Source of the DNA: Fimbriosthenelais zetlandica
Lineage: Eukaryota
DNA length: 64,000 nt
Assembly (NCBI GenBank): GCA_977030845.1
Contig: OZ365109.1
Span: 42,284,001-42,348,000 of the forward strand
Direction: 5' to 3'
A program made the translations under genes and the position numbers. Shown here piece by piece: positions 63,988 to 64,000 of the stretch; within the stretch, counting starts at the first letter, position 1, and each line of letters opens with the position of its first letter. Below the pieces are notes generated by a model. That model saw nothing but the letters and a program-made list of their open reading frames with translations. It was not told the DNA's origin and did no database searches.

Positions 63988-64000
63988 CTGAAATGCAAGA

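Overview
AT-rich animal genomic DNA, most likely a marine invertebrate (inference from short introns, SRCR expansion and frequent TAGGCCTA/TACATGTA palindromes). One 142-N gap lies at 15592-15733. I assembled three multi-exon genes by hand from GT/GC-AG boundaries and frame continuity. (1) A complete 15-coding-exon PLP-dependent acidic amino acid decarboxylase of the CSAD/GADL1 type (minus strand, 211-4198, 543 aa), with an Arg/Ser-rich N-terminal extension that resembles a mitochondrial presequence. (2) A LIM-less Zasp/PDLIM (ALP/Enigma-type) PDZ gene (plus strand, 13626-44084, about 1470 aa maximum). It has two ZM motifs, three homologous mutually exclusive AM-motif exons, two giant Pro/Ser/Thr-rich exons (one with a GC donor) and a C-terminus (SDF) that mimics the alpha-actinin PDZ ligand. 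(3) The 3' part of a type I membrane SRCR receptor (minus strand, 54697 to beyond 64000) with 10 SRCR domains in an (A-B-C)x3+C order, a mucin stalk, a TM helix and a tail with NxxY motifs and a terminal PDZ ligand. Between the genes are a CpG/ETS-rich promoter zone with an orphan first exon, a 4.4 kb CACTA/EnSpm-type element with spliced-looking cargo, several MITEs and a composite inverted/tandem repeat with embedded tRNA-like segments. All gene models are manual and untested against transcripts or databases.
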